NCBI RefSeq assembly: GCF_002310835.1
Contig: NZ_CP011041.1
Location: 840,001 to 872,000 of the forward strand
Origin: Pseudoalteromonas tetraodonis
GTDB lineage: Bacteria > Pseudomonadota > Gammaproteobacteria > Enterobacterales > Alteromonadaceae
DNA: 32,000 nt
Reading direction: 5' to 3'
The position numbers and the translations under genes were made by a program. Below, piece by piece: positions 1-8,372 of the stretch (positions are counted from its first letter, which is position 1; each line of letters begins with the position of its first letter). The notes beneath the pieces are model-generated. The model ran no database searches. It saw only the letters and a list, made by a program, of their open reading frames with translations, and was not told the origin of the DNA.

Positions 1-109
1 CCATAAATAGGCGATAACGCAGCATCAATGCCAAACAGGCGCTGCCCTTCGGGTTCTGCCTAGGGGTGATTTACTCTTTGTTGCCTACATGGATGTAGGT
101 AAGGGGCGT

Positions 110-140
110 GAGCAGGACGCGGAAACTTTGCTCGGTTTTT
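110..140 (+). terminator. Terminator-like hairpin followed by a U-tract
   Basis: GAGCAGG (110-116) pairs with UUUGCUC (127-133), five Watson-Crick pairs plus two G-U pairs, with a 10-nt loop. It is followed by GG and then UUUUU (136-140). The minus strand has no U-tract. Confidence 0.4.
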
Positions 141-241
141 ACTTAGCCCACTAGGTTACAAACCTCGCGCCGCGATTAAACCGCCCCTAGTTTGAACCGA
201 TTGTAATCGGCAAAGGTCAACAGACCCTAAACGTATTAAAA

Positions 242-266
242 GCCGAGCTTATACGCTCGGTTTTTT
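242..266. terminator. Rho-independent terminator, probably bidirectional
   Basis: Stem CCGAGC (243-248) pairs with GCUCGG (255-260) around a 6-nt loop, followed by a T6 run at 261-266. The A-rich tract at 235-241 supplies a weaker U-run for the minus strand. The hairpin overlaps the last codons of the minus-strand CDS 249-797. Confidence 0.7.
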
Positions 267-797
267 ACAGTTTTCTAATAATTGTTGCCAAAAATCAATG
301 CCTTTTCGGCGTGCTAAGTTTATATTATGCTCAGGAATAGATTCTGGTTCGTCATAGTTTTCAAGTGCTTCACTCATACTTGCTTCACGAATTAGGTGCA
401 AGGTAGGAAACGGTGCTCTATTTGTGTAGTTGGCCGGATCGGTTTCATCGCTATCGGCAAATACATAATCAGGATGAAAGTTAGCAATTTGATATTTACC
501 TTCAAAGCCTTGTGCAACCAATAGCGCATTTGCTAAATCGACTAAATCTAAAAAGTCTTCAAAGTCACTAAAACCGTTATCGAACATGATTAGCGTGGTT
601 TCTCGTTCGCTCTCGCGGTCAAGCTCGATACATTGCTCAAGCATATCCATTACAGCATCATCGATAGTCTTAGCGTTACTTACAATGTAATGAATACAGT
701 TGTTTTCGACTTCTTTACGGGCAAACGGGCAAAAGTTATATTTTACAATAACGGATGAAACCCATTCTCGGGTTTGGCTAATAGCTATGTTAGTCAC
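249..797 (-). CDS. DUF1415-family conserved hypothetical protein
   Basis: 182-aa ORF. The N-terminal 'W..S.IVKYNFCPFARKE' motif matches my memory of DUF1415 proteins. The GTG start overlaps the waaA TGA stop (GTGA), which suggests translational coupling. Confidence 0.6.
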   Translation of the reverse strand: MTNIAISQTREWVSSVIVKYNFCPFARKEVENNCIHYIVSNAKTIDDAVMDMLEQCIELDRESERETTLIMFDNGFSDFEDFLDLVDLANALLVAQGFEGKYQIANFHPDYVFADSDETDPANYTNRAPFPTLHLIREASMSEALENYDEPESIPEHNINLARRKGIDFWQQLLENCKKPSV

Positions 798-2077
798 TGT
801 TTTGGCTCTAAGTATTGATTAATAATAGTGAGTGTTTTTTTTATGGCGCCTTGGTTTTTAGTAACACATTGCGCAGCTTTTGTGCCGAGCGTTTGGCATG
901 CCTTTTTATTTTGGCTAAAAGTAATGAGTTGTTGTGCCAGTTCATCTGTATTTTCTACCACGCATGCCCCTTTAAGCTTTGTTAACTCAGGATAGACATG
1001 ATCAAAGTTATACGTGTGAGGGCCTGTTATTACACCGACCGAAAATGCGGCTGACTCAAGCGGGTTATGACCACCACGACGAATCAAACTACCGCCAATA
1101 TAACTAACACTAGCCGCGCCGTATAAACACTGTAATTCACCTAGCGTATCGGCAAGTAAAACGTGTTCGTTTTGGTAATTATTTTGGCTACGACGACTAA
1201 AGCTTAAAGTACTTTGTGTGAGTAGTTCAGCCACTTTATCAAATTGCTCGGGGTGTCGCGGGGCAATAATCAATAAAGCATCAGGCTGCTTTTTTAACAA
1301 CTGCTGGTGGGCATCGAGTATTAATTCATGCTCTATAGGGTGAGTAGAACCTGCCACCCATATAAAACGTTCTTGGCTATTATAGTACTGTTTGAGCGCG
1401 CTCACCTTTGTTAGTTGCTCTTGAGTAGGGCTAATATCAAACTTGATTGAACCTGTAACATGGCTTTTTGAAGGCTCAAGCCCAAGTGCAATAAAACGCT
1501 CTGCATCTGTTTTGTTATGACTGGCTAACGCAGTAATAGAGTGCATAATACGGTGAGTTAACTGCGCAACCTTTTGATAACCCTGCTGCGACTTTTCAGA
1601 AAGTCTCGCATTAACAACCAATACCGGGATTTTTTTGTTATGCGCATTAGCCATAATATTTGGCCACAATTCAGTTTCTAAAATACACAGTAACTGCGGT
1701 TTTACGCGTTTTAAAAATCGAGCAGTGGCAAAAGGAAAATCGATAGGTAAATAACTAGTAGTGACGGTATCTTTAAATTGTGCTGTTATTTGTGCGCGGC
1801 CAGTCGGGGTATTACAAGTGATCAGAATATTGAGCTGCGGGTGCTCATTTTGCAACGCTTTAATTAATGGCGTAGCTGCTAATACCTCTCCTACAGAAGC
1901 ACAATGAATAACAACAGGTTTAGTGTTATTAGAAAATAAACAGCGGCGTACAAAACCAAAACGTTCTCTAAAATGCGCGCGATAACCCGAATTTTTTTTA
2001 CCACGTAATACATATAAATAAAATATGATTAAAGGGCTAATAATGATTAGTGCAAGTGAATAAAAAGTGCGTGCCAT
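794..2077 (-). CDS. waaA: 3-deoxy-D-manno-octulosonic acid (Kdo) transferase, GT30
   Basis: 427 aa with an N-terminal membrane anchor (LALIIISPLIIFYLYVL). Carries 'HCASVGEVLAATPLI' and the C-terminal 'GGSLIRRGGHNPLE' motifs typical of WaaA/KdtA. The length matches the E. coli protein (425 aa). Confidence 0.92.
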   Translation of the reverse strand: MARTFYSLALIIISPLIIFYLYVLRGKKNSGYRAHFRERFGFVRRCLFSNNTKPVVIHCASVGEVLAATPLIKALQNEHPQLNILITCNTPTGRAQITAQFKDTVTTSYLPIDFPFATARFLKRVKPQLLCILETELWPNIMANAHNKKIPVLVVNARLSEKSQQGYQKVAQLTHRIMHSITALASHNKTDAERFIALGLEPSKSHVTGSIKFDISPTQEQLTKVSALKQYYNSQERFIWVAGSTHPIEHELILDAHQQLLKKQPDALLIIAPRHPEQFDKVAELLTQSTLSFSRRSQNNYQNEHVLLADTLGELQCLYGAASVSYIGGSLIRRGGHNPLESAAFSVGVITGPHTYNFDHVYPELTKLKGACVVENTDELAQQLITFSQNKKACQTLGTKAAQCVTKNQGAIKKTLTIINQYLEPKQ

Positions 2078-2401
2078 ACTGAGCTTTGTTTAAGGTAATT
2101 GTAGCTAGTTTATCGTGAAACGGCTTATTTCTAAACATACAAAGTATAAAAGTTGGTTTGAGTTCATTTACTAGGGTATAAACTAAATCAATGTCATTCA
2201 AATCACGCTATTGCATCAGTTTCATGATTTTAGGAAATGCTTATGGTTACTTTTATAACAAAAACGATTTCCATGCAGTAAGCCTTTGATTTTAGTTTCT
2301 GTGAAACATCTAATTTAGTTATATAGAGGTGATTTGGCTATAAAATTATGGAATAATGAAATTAATTTTTCCTGCCATTTCAGTTCCAAGAGGAATATCT
2401 C
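2078..2401. promoter_or_regulatory. Divergent AT-rich control region between waaA (-) and gmhA-hldE (+)
   Basis: A 324-bp AT-rich non-coding gap between divergently oriented genes, so it must hold both promoters. I could not pin down individual -35/-10 hexamers with confidence. Confidence 0.4.
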
Positions 2402-2992
2402 ATGTCAATTATAGATTCAGTGGCAACCAGCTACCTAGAAAGTTTAAACCGTCATCAAGTATTGTTTGAAACAATGGAGGCGTATCATCAAGAGGTAATG
2501 CAGTTGCTAGAAGCATGTCATAGTGCTTTACAAGCTGGTGGTAAGGTTGTTTGGTTTGGTAATGGCGGCAGTGCTGCCGATGCTCAGCATTTAGCTGCAG
2601 AGTTTGTGGTGCGTTATAAATTAGAGCGAGGTCCATTAGCGTCTATTGCTTTGACCACAGACACGTCTATTTTAACAGCGCACAGCAACGATTATCATTT
2701 TGATACTGTGTTTGAGCGCCAAGTACAGGCGCTATGTAAGCCTGAGGATATCGTGATTGGTTTAACTACATCAGGTACCAGTAAAAATATTAATTTAGCA
2801 TTAGAAGCTGCTAACAAAATAGGGGCATTCACGGTTGCACTTACTGGCCGTGACGGCGGGCAAGTAAAAGATATTGCAAAGTTACCTATTATTATTAAAA
2901 ACGACGAAACCGCGCGTATTCAAGAAGCACACATGTTTATTGGCCATTGGTTATGTGAAGCCATGGATATGGTTGTTGCGGAGCAGCAGTAA
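2402..2992 (+). CDS. gmhA: D-sedoheptulose-7-phosphate isomerase (phosphoheptose isomerase)
   Basis: 196 aa with the SIS-domain signature '[18 protein letters not shown]' and '[11 protein letters not shown]'. AGAGGA ribosome-binding site 8 nt upstream of the ATG. Confidence 0.93.
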   Translation: MSIIDSVATSYLESLNRHQVLFETMEAYHQEVMQLLEACHSALQAGGKVVWFGNGGSAADAQHLAAEFVVRYKLERGPLASIALTTDTSILTAHSNDYHFDTVFERQVQALCKPEDIVIGLTTSGTSKNINLALEAANKIGAFTVALTGRDGGQVKDIAKLPIIIKNDETARIQEAHMFIGHWLCEAMDMVVAEQQ

Positions 2993-4431
2993 TGGATTTA
3001 TCTTTACTAAAGAACTTATCAGCAGCACGTATTTTAGTGGTGGGCGACGTGATGCTCGATCGCTATTGGTATGGTGATTCAGGGCGTATCTCACCAGAAG
3101 CGCCAGTACCCGTTGTTAAAGTAAGTAAATTTGAAGACAAGGCTGGCGGTGCGGCTAATGTGGCTAAAAATATAGCCCGTTTAGATGGTAAAGTGGGGTT
3201 GTTAGGCCTTATTGGCGAGGATGAAAGTGGGCAAATTTTAGAAAATATTTTAGAAGGTGAAAAAATAAATTCACAGCTTGTCAGCGTGTGTGATTTACCG
3301 ACTATTTCTAAAATGCGTGTAATTAGCCGTCATCAGCAAGTGGTACGTTTAGATTTAGAAGAAACTTTTAACGAATCACATAGCCAGCTTTTATTGAATC
3401 GATTAGAGCTTGTGCTAAATGATTACGATTTTATAGTGTTTTCTGATTACAACAAAGGCTCGCTATCGCTGATAAAAGAGATGATAAGTGTGGCCAAAAA
3501 AGCAGGTAAAACGGTACTTGTTGATCCTAAATCATCAGATTTACAGTTATATCGCGGTGCTGATTATATAACACCTAATTTAAATGAATTTAAATTAGCA
3601 GGCGGGCAAGTGGGCTCAGAAGAGACGCTTGCAAGTAGTGCACGAAACCTCATTAGTGATGCGGGTATAACGGCGATGTTACTTACCCGTTCAGAGCAAG
3701 GTATGTCGCTTATAAATGCCACTGAAAAATATGATTTTGCAGCTCAAGAGCTTGAGGTCAGTGACGTAACTGGCGCTGGGGATACTGTTATTGCAACCCT
3801 TGCCGTTATGTTAGGTGCGGGCATGACTGCCAAAGATGCAGTCGAAATTGCAAACTTAGCAGCCGGTATTGCGGTGAGTAAATTGGGCGCGGCTACGGTT
3901 TCTCCAGAAGAGTTGAGTCGAAAGCTGGGGCAATACTTACAGGCAACTGGCGAGCATTATCAAACCCCGTTTGATGACGTATTGCAGCATATTGAATTTG
4001 CTAAGCAAAATGGTGAAACGATTGTATTTACTAATGGTTGCTTTGATATTTTGCATGCAGGGCATGTGCGGTATTTAGCGCAAGCTAAAGCCCGTGGGGA
4101 CAGATTAGTGGTTGGTTTAAACAATGATGAATCTATTGCTCGTTTGAAAGGCCCAGAACGCCCAATAAACCCATTAGATGAGCGCGCCATGGTCCTCAGT
4201 GCACTTGCCTCCGTTGATTGGGTTATCCCGTTTGGAAGTGCTGATGAAAATGACACGCCGGCAAAACTTATCGAGCAAATAAGCCCTGATATTCTTGTCA
4301 AAGGCGGCGACTATACGGTAGAACAAATAGCCGGTGCTGAGCATGTGCTGCGCCATGGCGGAAAAGTCGAAGTGCTTGAGTTTTTAGATGGCTGTTCAAC
4401 ATCAAAAGTGATTAGCAAAATAAAAAGCTAG
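2992..4431 (+). CDS. hldE: Bifunctional D-beta-D-heptose 7-phosphate kinase / D-beta-D-heptose 1-phosphate adenylyltransferase
   Basis: 479 aa. The N-terminal ribokinase-like domain has '[15 protein letters not shown]' and 'DVTGAGDT'. The C-terminal cytidylyltransferase domain has '[17 protein letters not shown]'. The start overlaps the gmhA stop by 1 nt (TAATG). Confidence 0.95.
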   Translation: MDLSLLKNLSAARILVVGDVMLDRYWYGDSGRISPEAPVPVVKVSKFEDKAGGAANVAKNIARLDGKVGLLGLIGEDESGQILENILEGEKINSQLVSVCDLPTISKMRVISRHQQVVRLDLEETFNESHSQLLLNRLELVLNDYDFIVFSDYNKGSLSLIKEMISVAKKAGKTVLVDPKSSDLQLYRGADYITPNLNEFKLAGGQVGSEETLASSARNLISDAGITAMLLTRSEQGMSLINATEKYDFAAQELEVSDVTGAGDTVIATLAVMLGAGMTAKDAVEIANLAAGIAVSKLGAATVSPEELSRKLGQYLQATGEHYQTPFDDVLQHIEFAKQNGETIVFTNGCFDILHAGHVRYLAQAKARGDRLVVGLNNDESIARLKGPERPINPLDERAMVLSALASVDWVIPFGSADENDTPAKLIEQISPDILVKGGDYTVEQIAGAEHVLRHGGKVEVLEFLDGCSTSKVISKIKS

Positions 4432-4444
4432 TTCGCTAATCAAT

Positions 4445-4477
4445 AAAGGGGATAAACTGCAGTTTATCCCCTTTTTT
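4445..4477. terminator. Bidirectional rho-independent terminator (hldE / wzi)
   Basis: Perfect palindrome GGGGATAAACTGCAGTTTATCCCC (4448-4471), flanked by an A-rich tract on the 5' side and T6 (4472-4477) on the 3' side. It sits between convergent genes. Confidence 0.85.
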
Positions 4478-4493
4478 AATGTTATTAATGAAA

Positions 4494-6041
4494 CTAAAAG
4501 TTGTATTCGAACTTAGCAAATGCAGACGTATCGTTTTCTGCTCCATCGTTATTAGAGGCAAGTCCGCCAAGGGTTAAGCGCCCCCCCATGGCAAGCATTC
4601 TGTAACGTACTTCAAGCTGTTTAGAGCTAAATGCTGTTTTGGTAATCGAGTTACCTAAGTCTGGGTTATTTGGGTATCTATCACGGTTGTCGCTGTTGTA
4701 GTCAATATCACGTAATTTTACTTGCCAGTCAGTTCCGCTTGAGAGTTGCCCAAGTACGGTTAACACTAGCGATTGCGCATCATTATCATAGGTAGAGCCG
4801 ATAGGGCGACCATGGTAACGATACCCTGATTGGTAATCAGTGTGCTCATAATAGCAGTTTTCGGTCGTTGACCCCGCAGAGCAAGACACACCTGTATCAA
4901 TATATTCTAAGTTGACTAGTAAATTCTGCTCGTAAACGCGATGTGTTGTTTGTAAGCCAAATAAGTACGCTCTATCAGCTGGTTTAAACTGTGAGCTCGC
5001 ATCTTCACCAATCGTGCTGGCATAAACGGCATAAGGTTGGTTAAATAATGTGTCTGACCAACGAATATCAATACCTGCTAATTGATTACCTATTTTTGAT
5101 TCTAACTGGCTATCACAATTAGTAGTGCCATCAACACATTTTGTATCACCGGTAATCATATCAATAAAGTCACTAGCCGAGCTTGGTTGTCCTTTCCCTG
5201 CCCATTGTGCTGACCAGCTTAATGCTATTTCTAATTGTTGAACGGGGCGAAAGTTAACACGAGTGCTCCATAATAACGCATCAGGAATAACGCGGTTTGA
5301 TTCAAGTTTAGCCATTTGTGCAGTAAAGCTCCACTGACCAATCCAACTCAGCCAAGGTGTTTCAAATGCACTGCTTTGTTCTCTGCTGATACTTATTGCA
5401 GGAAGTGGTTTGGCGTTACCAGACATAATTAGACTGTTATCAACGCCTGGTCCCCAAAACTGTTCAACCGCACCGGCTCTAAATATCCAATTACCCAAAC
5501 GATACGCTAAATAGCTATCATCAAGTGAGGTATCATTGCAGTCAGTCAGTGCTTGCTCATTGTTAACTATATCGTCTGTTGTTTTACCGTTGACTAAGCA
5601 GTTTTTGCCATCACTGCGGTGATTAAGCGCAATTTTAGCTGCAAAGTTATGTCCTAGGTAAGCATAGGCTGCTGTTAATTCTGACTCTTGGGTATTCGTT
5701 GCACCAAAGCTGGTGGTCGCTAATGGGTCTGAGCTGGCAAATGCAGAAAGTTGAACACTATGTGAACCACTGTTTTCTGACTTATAACGATGTTTTACAC
5801 GCAATAACGCATCTTGTAAGCGAGGTGATAATTGCTCTAGTCCGGCATTATCGATATCAGCAATAAAGCTTTTCCACATTAACGGGTAAGTCGTTACCGG
5901 GGCTAAAATAACACCTGCATCGGCAAGTTGCTGGATATCAGCTCTTAACCCAAAATCATCAGGTTTAACCCAGGGTTCAGCATAAACAGGGGTACTCATT
6001 GCACAAAAAAGCGAAGAAAGTATAAAAATTTTGTTTCGCAA
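4494..6041 (-). CDS. wzi: Capsule-assembly Wzi-family outer-membrane beta-barrel protein
   Basis: 515 aa with signal peptide MRNKIFILSSLFCAMSTPVYA-EP and a C-terminal aromatic residue (..FEYNF). Blocks are shared with E. coli K30 Wzi as I recall it: 'FETPWLSWIG.W', 'GNQLAG.D', 'IGED.S' and the N-terminal 'D..LR.D...L.D.GVI'. The TTG start is supported by an AAGGA site 7 nt upstream and by the need for the signal peptide. Confidence 0.8.
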   Translation of the reverse strand: MRNKIFILSSLFCAMSTPVYAEPWVKPDDFGLRADIQQLADAGVILAPVTTYPLMWKSFIADIDNAGLEQLSPRLQDALLRVKHRYKSENSGSHSVQLSAFASSDPLATTSFGATNTQESELTAAYAYLGHNFAAKIALNHRSDGKNCLVNGKTTDDIVNNEQALTDCNDTSLDDSYLAYRLGNWIFRAGAVEQFWGPGVDNSLIMSGNAKPLPAISISREQSSAFETPWLSWIGQWSFTAQMAKLESNRVIPDALLWSTRVNFRPVQQLEIALSWSAQWAGKGQPSSASDFIDMITGDTKCVDGTTNCDSQLESKIGNQLAGIDIRWSDTLFNQPYAVYASTIGEDASSQFKPADRAYLFGLQTTHRVYEQNLLVNLEYIDTGVSCSAGSTTENCYYEHTDYQSGYRYHGRPIGSTYDNDAQSLVLTVLGQLSSGTDWQVKLRDIDYNSDNRDRYPNNPDLGNSITKTAFSSKQLEVRYRMLAMGGRLTLGGLASNNDGAENDTSAFAKFEYNF

Positions 6042-6173
6042 AGCTCAGATCCTTGTGATTGAAATTGCCGGTAAGTTTAGCAATCTAAGCATCTTATTGC
6101 AGTAATTAAATCTAAATTGGTATGTTAAATCATATAGAAAAATGCTTACCATCTATCGCTAAAAAGTTGCCAT

Positions 6174-6182
6174 TGGTATACT
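6174..6182 (+). promoter_or_regulatory. Possible extended -10 promoter element (TGgTATACT) for the 6211 gene
   Basis: TGnTATACT lies 29 nt upstream of the ATG at 6211, within the divergent intergenic region 6042-6210. There is no good -35, which is tolerated by extended -10 promoters. Confidence 0.3.
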
Positions 6183-6210
6183 GCAGGTCAAATAAGCCAG
6201 TGAGATTGTA

Positions 6211-7284
6211 ATGAGCAAAAAACGACTTTTATTTATTCCTGTGTCATCACCAGAAGGTATTGGTGAATATATGCGCTCATTACAGCTGGCTCAAACTTTA
6301 AAGGCTGAGTATGGCAAGCAGTTAGATATTCATTTTATCTTAAATAAGCATACGGCTTATGCTAAAAGCTGCCCGTTTTCTAGCTTACTCTTAAACCAAT
6401 CGGCAACAAAAGAAAATACGCACGTATGTCAGTTTATTGATCAATACAAACCAGATGCGGTGCTTTTTGATTGCGCAGGACGCGCTGAGCAAATGAAAGC
6501 GGCAAAAAAAGTGGGTGCTAAAGTTGTTTTTATTTCGCAGCATGCAAAAAAGCGGGCAAAAGGTTTAAAGCTTAATAGGACTGGTCTTATTGATACTCAT
6601 TGGGTTGTACAACCGGATTACTGTATTGAACCTCTTTCGTGGTATGAAAAGCTAAAATTGAGCATGTTGCCTTTGGCCTATCCTGCTAATGTTGGGCCAT
6701 TTACAGTATTTGCATCAGCGCAACAAAAATGCGATGCACTAAACCGTTATCACTTGAAAGAAAAAGAATTCTTTATTGTTAACGCGGGCTCTGGTGGTCA
6801 TACAGTTAATGGCGTGAATTGCGCAGATATATATTTTCAAGCAGGGCTTGTTATTGCTAAACAAACAGGCTTGAAAGGTGTGGTGGTATTTGGCCCTAAC
6901 TACACTAAGTTGTTACCTAAAACCGATGAGTTAATTTGTTTGCCAAGCCAAGAGGGAACTGAATTTTTAGCCTTACTCAGTCAGGCTAAAATTGCATTAC
7001 TGAGCGCGGGTGATACTTTACTACAAGCTATTGCTTTGCAAACCCCAACCATTGCTTGTGCTATTTCAAAAGATCAGAGTGATCGAGTCGCACGTTGTGC
7101 AGCCACTGGCGTTGTTAAACAAGCTGAGCTTGATATTTTAGACATCACTCAAAAAGTGCAAGGGCTACTTACTGAGCCAAATTATAACAATACACTCAGC
7201 CAATATATGTTGTTAGAAAATGTACATAGCTTTGATGTTATAACGAATGGTGTAAAAGTACTGTTGCAGGGGAATAAGCTATGA
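6211..7284 (+). CDS. Putative glycosyltransferase (GT-B-like), family not assignable by eye
   Basis: 357 aa. The N-terminus 'LLFIPVSSPEGIGEYMRSLQLA' and the C-terminal 'ALLSAGDTLLQAIALQTPTIA' resemble the two Rossmann halves of MurG/GT1-type enzymes. Its position in the LPS core locus, and its stop overlapping the next GT start (ATGA), support the call. Confidence 0.5.
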   Translation: MSKKRLLFIPVSSPEGIGEYMRSLQLAQTLKAEYGKQLDIHFILNKHTAYAKSCPFSSLLLNQSATKENTHVCQFIDQYKPDAVLFDCAGRAEQMKAAKKVGAKVVFISQHAKKRAKGLKLNRTGLIDTHWVVQPDYCIEPLSWYEKLKLSMLPLAYPANVGPFTVFASAQQKCDALNRYHLKEKEFFIVNAGSGGHTVNGVNCADIYFQAGLVIAKQTGLKGVVVFGPNYTKLLPKTDELICLPSQEGTEFLALLSQAKIALLSAGDTLLQAIALQTPTIACAISKDQSDRVARCAATGVVKQAELDILDITQKVQGLLTEPNYNNTLSQYMLLENVHSFDVITNGVKVLLQGNKL

Positions 7285-8366
7285 ATATTGTCATTGTAAT
7301 TGACTCTCTTGTTGGTGGTGGCGCTGAAAAGGTAATGCTTACATTAGCGCAAGAGATGGTATTAAAAGACCACAATGTGACTATCTTGTCATTGGCGCAA
7401 AATATTGAATATGACATTCCAACCACTTTGAACGTTGAAAGTTTATTTTCAGGTCGAGCAACAAAAGTAGATCGATTTTGGCAGATAAAAAAGAATATCA
7501 GAGTGTTAGAGACATGGTTTGAGCAAAAGTTACGGCAACTTGGGTCTATTGATATAGTACTTTCTAATTTAGATCGTAGTAATAACTTATTAGCGCAGAG
7601 TAAAATAAAAAATATCCATTTTGTTGTTCATAACTCAGTTAATGCAGAGCTCGCTAGGCAAAAAAAACTAGGCCCGCTTTCATACTTATATCTTAAAAAG
7701 AGTAAACAAAATCTTAATGGTAAATCACTGATCTGCGTGTCCAAAGGGGTTGAAGAAGAAATACAACAAGGCAGCTTAATAACCCCAAGTGCTATTACCA
7801 CTATTTATAATCCATTCAATTTTAAAACAATCAATGATAAAGCTAATGAGGTGAATACAAATATACCCGATTCTCCCTATCTTATTCATGTGGGACGTTT
7901 AGCTAAACAAAAACGCCATGATATTTTATTTTCTGCATTTGCCAAGTTAGATAAAAAATACAAATTAGTGCTGTTATGTAACAAAAAAGAAAAGGCATTA
8001 AAGTTAGCCAAAGAATATGGTATTGAAAATCAGCTTATTGTTCCGGGATTTGTACAAAACCCATATAACTGGATAAAGCAGGCAAAAGCTTTATTGTTAA
8101 GTTCAGACTTTGAAGGGTTTGGTAATGTGCTAGTCGAGGCTTTAGCAGTAGGTACGCCTGCTGTCAGTACTGAGTGCCCTCATGGTCCAAGTGAAATACT
8201 TACGGGTGAACTAAGTAAATATCTAGTACCTATTGGCCAAGGTGAGCTCCTAGCGCTCGCAGTTAAGCAAGTGCTCGCAGATAACCCAAATGTAACCAAC
8301 GCAGCTATTTTAGAAAAGGTGTGTGCCGATAGAGTAACAGAGCAATACTTAGCGTTAGCAAACTAG
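7281..8366 (+). CDS. Glycosyltransferase family 4 (GT1-domain, retaining)
   Basis: 361 aa. N-terminal 'IVIVIDSLVGGGAEKV' and the E-x7-E motif region 'SDFEGFGNVLVEALAVGTPAVST'. Confidence 0.85.
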   Translation: MNIVIVIDSLVGGGAEKVMLTLAQEMVLKDHNVTILSLAQNIEYDIPTTLNVESLFSGRATKVDRFWQIKKNIRVLETWFEQKLRQLGSIDIVLSNLDRSNNLLAQSKIKNIHFVVHNSVNAELARQKKLGPLSYLYLKKSKQNLNGKSLICVSKGVEEEIQQGSLITPSAITTIYNPFNFKTINDKANEVNTNIPDSPYLIHVGRLAKQKRHDILFSAFAKLDKKYKLVLLCNKKEKALKLAKEYGIENQLIVPGFVQNPYNWIKQAKALLLSSDFEGFGNVLVEALAVGTPAVSTECPHGPSEILTGELSKYLVPIGQGELLALAVKQVLADNPNVTNAAILEKVCADRVTEQYLALAN

Positions 8367-8372
8367 TTTTTA

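Larger units (their letters stand above)
1..266 (+). ncRNA. Candidate structured non-coding RNA or long structured 3' UTR (family not recognised)
   Basis: No ORF of 60 aa or more on either strand in 1-248, and all three + frames hit stops within the first 20 nt. The segment is visibly GC-richer than the flanking sequence. Dense hairpins: 37-61 (ccc-UUC-ggg core), 83-100 (CCUACA-UGGA-UGUAGG), 165-175 and 197-210 (CCGAU-UGUA-AUCGG). A 9-bp long-range pairing joins 60-68 CUAGGGGUG to 182-190 CGCCCCUAG. Two + strand terminator-like hairpins fix the orientation. The left end may lie outside the window. Confidence 0.3.

Noticed and set aside
1-266. Possible identity of the structured segment as RNase P RNA, tmRNA, 6S, 4.5S/SRP, a CsrB-type RNA or a known riboswitch
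   Set aside because: The universal blocks are absent. There is no GGAAAGUCCGGGC or ACAGAACCCGGCUUA (RNase P), no tRNA-like T-arm or CCA end (tmRNA), and no long end-to-end helix (6S). Only three GGA motifs are present, against the roughly 10-20 expected for CsrB-type RNAs. Short resemblances such as GGAUGUAGG and GGACGCGG look coincidental. No downstream + strand gene exists for a riboswitch to control.
2191-2292. 33-codon ORF (MSFKSRYCISFMILGNAYGYFYNKNDFHAVSL) in the waaA-gmhA gap
   Set aside because: There is no Shine-Dalgarno sequence upstream and the composition simply reflects AT-rich intergenic DNA. There is no supporting evidence that it is translated.
2078-2401. JUMPstart/ops (GGCGGTAG) RfaH-recruitment element upstream of the LPS core genes
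   Set aside because: I looked for GGCGGTAG in this gap and in the 6042-6210 and 9093-9215 gaps and did not see it. No claim is made.
2409-2636. Antisense or shadow ORFs in the six-frame track: 2409-2636(-), 2874-3077(+), 3960-4301(-), 4174-4356(-), 7238-7426(-), 9308-9598(-), 9830-10012(-), 11465-11698(-), 12075-12293(-), 12428-12643(-), 12567-13013(-), 17217-17444(+), 17666-17860(+), 18564-18776(+), 18983-19207(-), 19523-19828(-), 20061-20276(-), 21267-21455(+), 21894-22085(-), 22754-22948(-), 23859-24089(-), 24363-24563(-), 25051-25287(-), 25899-26150(-), 26379-26660(-), 28106-28288(+)
   Set aside because: Each lies wholly or largely inside a longer ORF with unmistakable family motifs on the other strand or in another frame. 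Their translations are low-complexity or Ser/Ala/Cys-rich, with no recognisable domains and no ribosome-binding sites. These are typical shadow ORFs.
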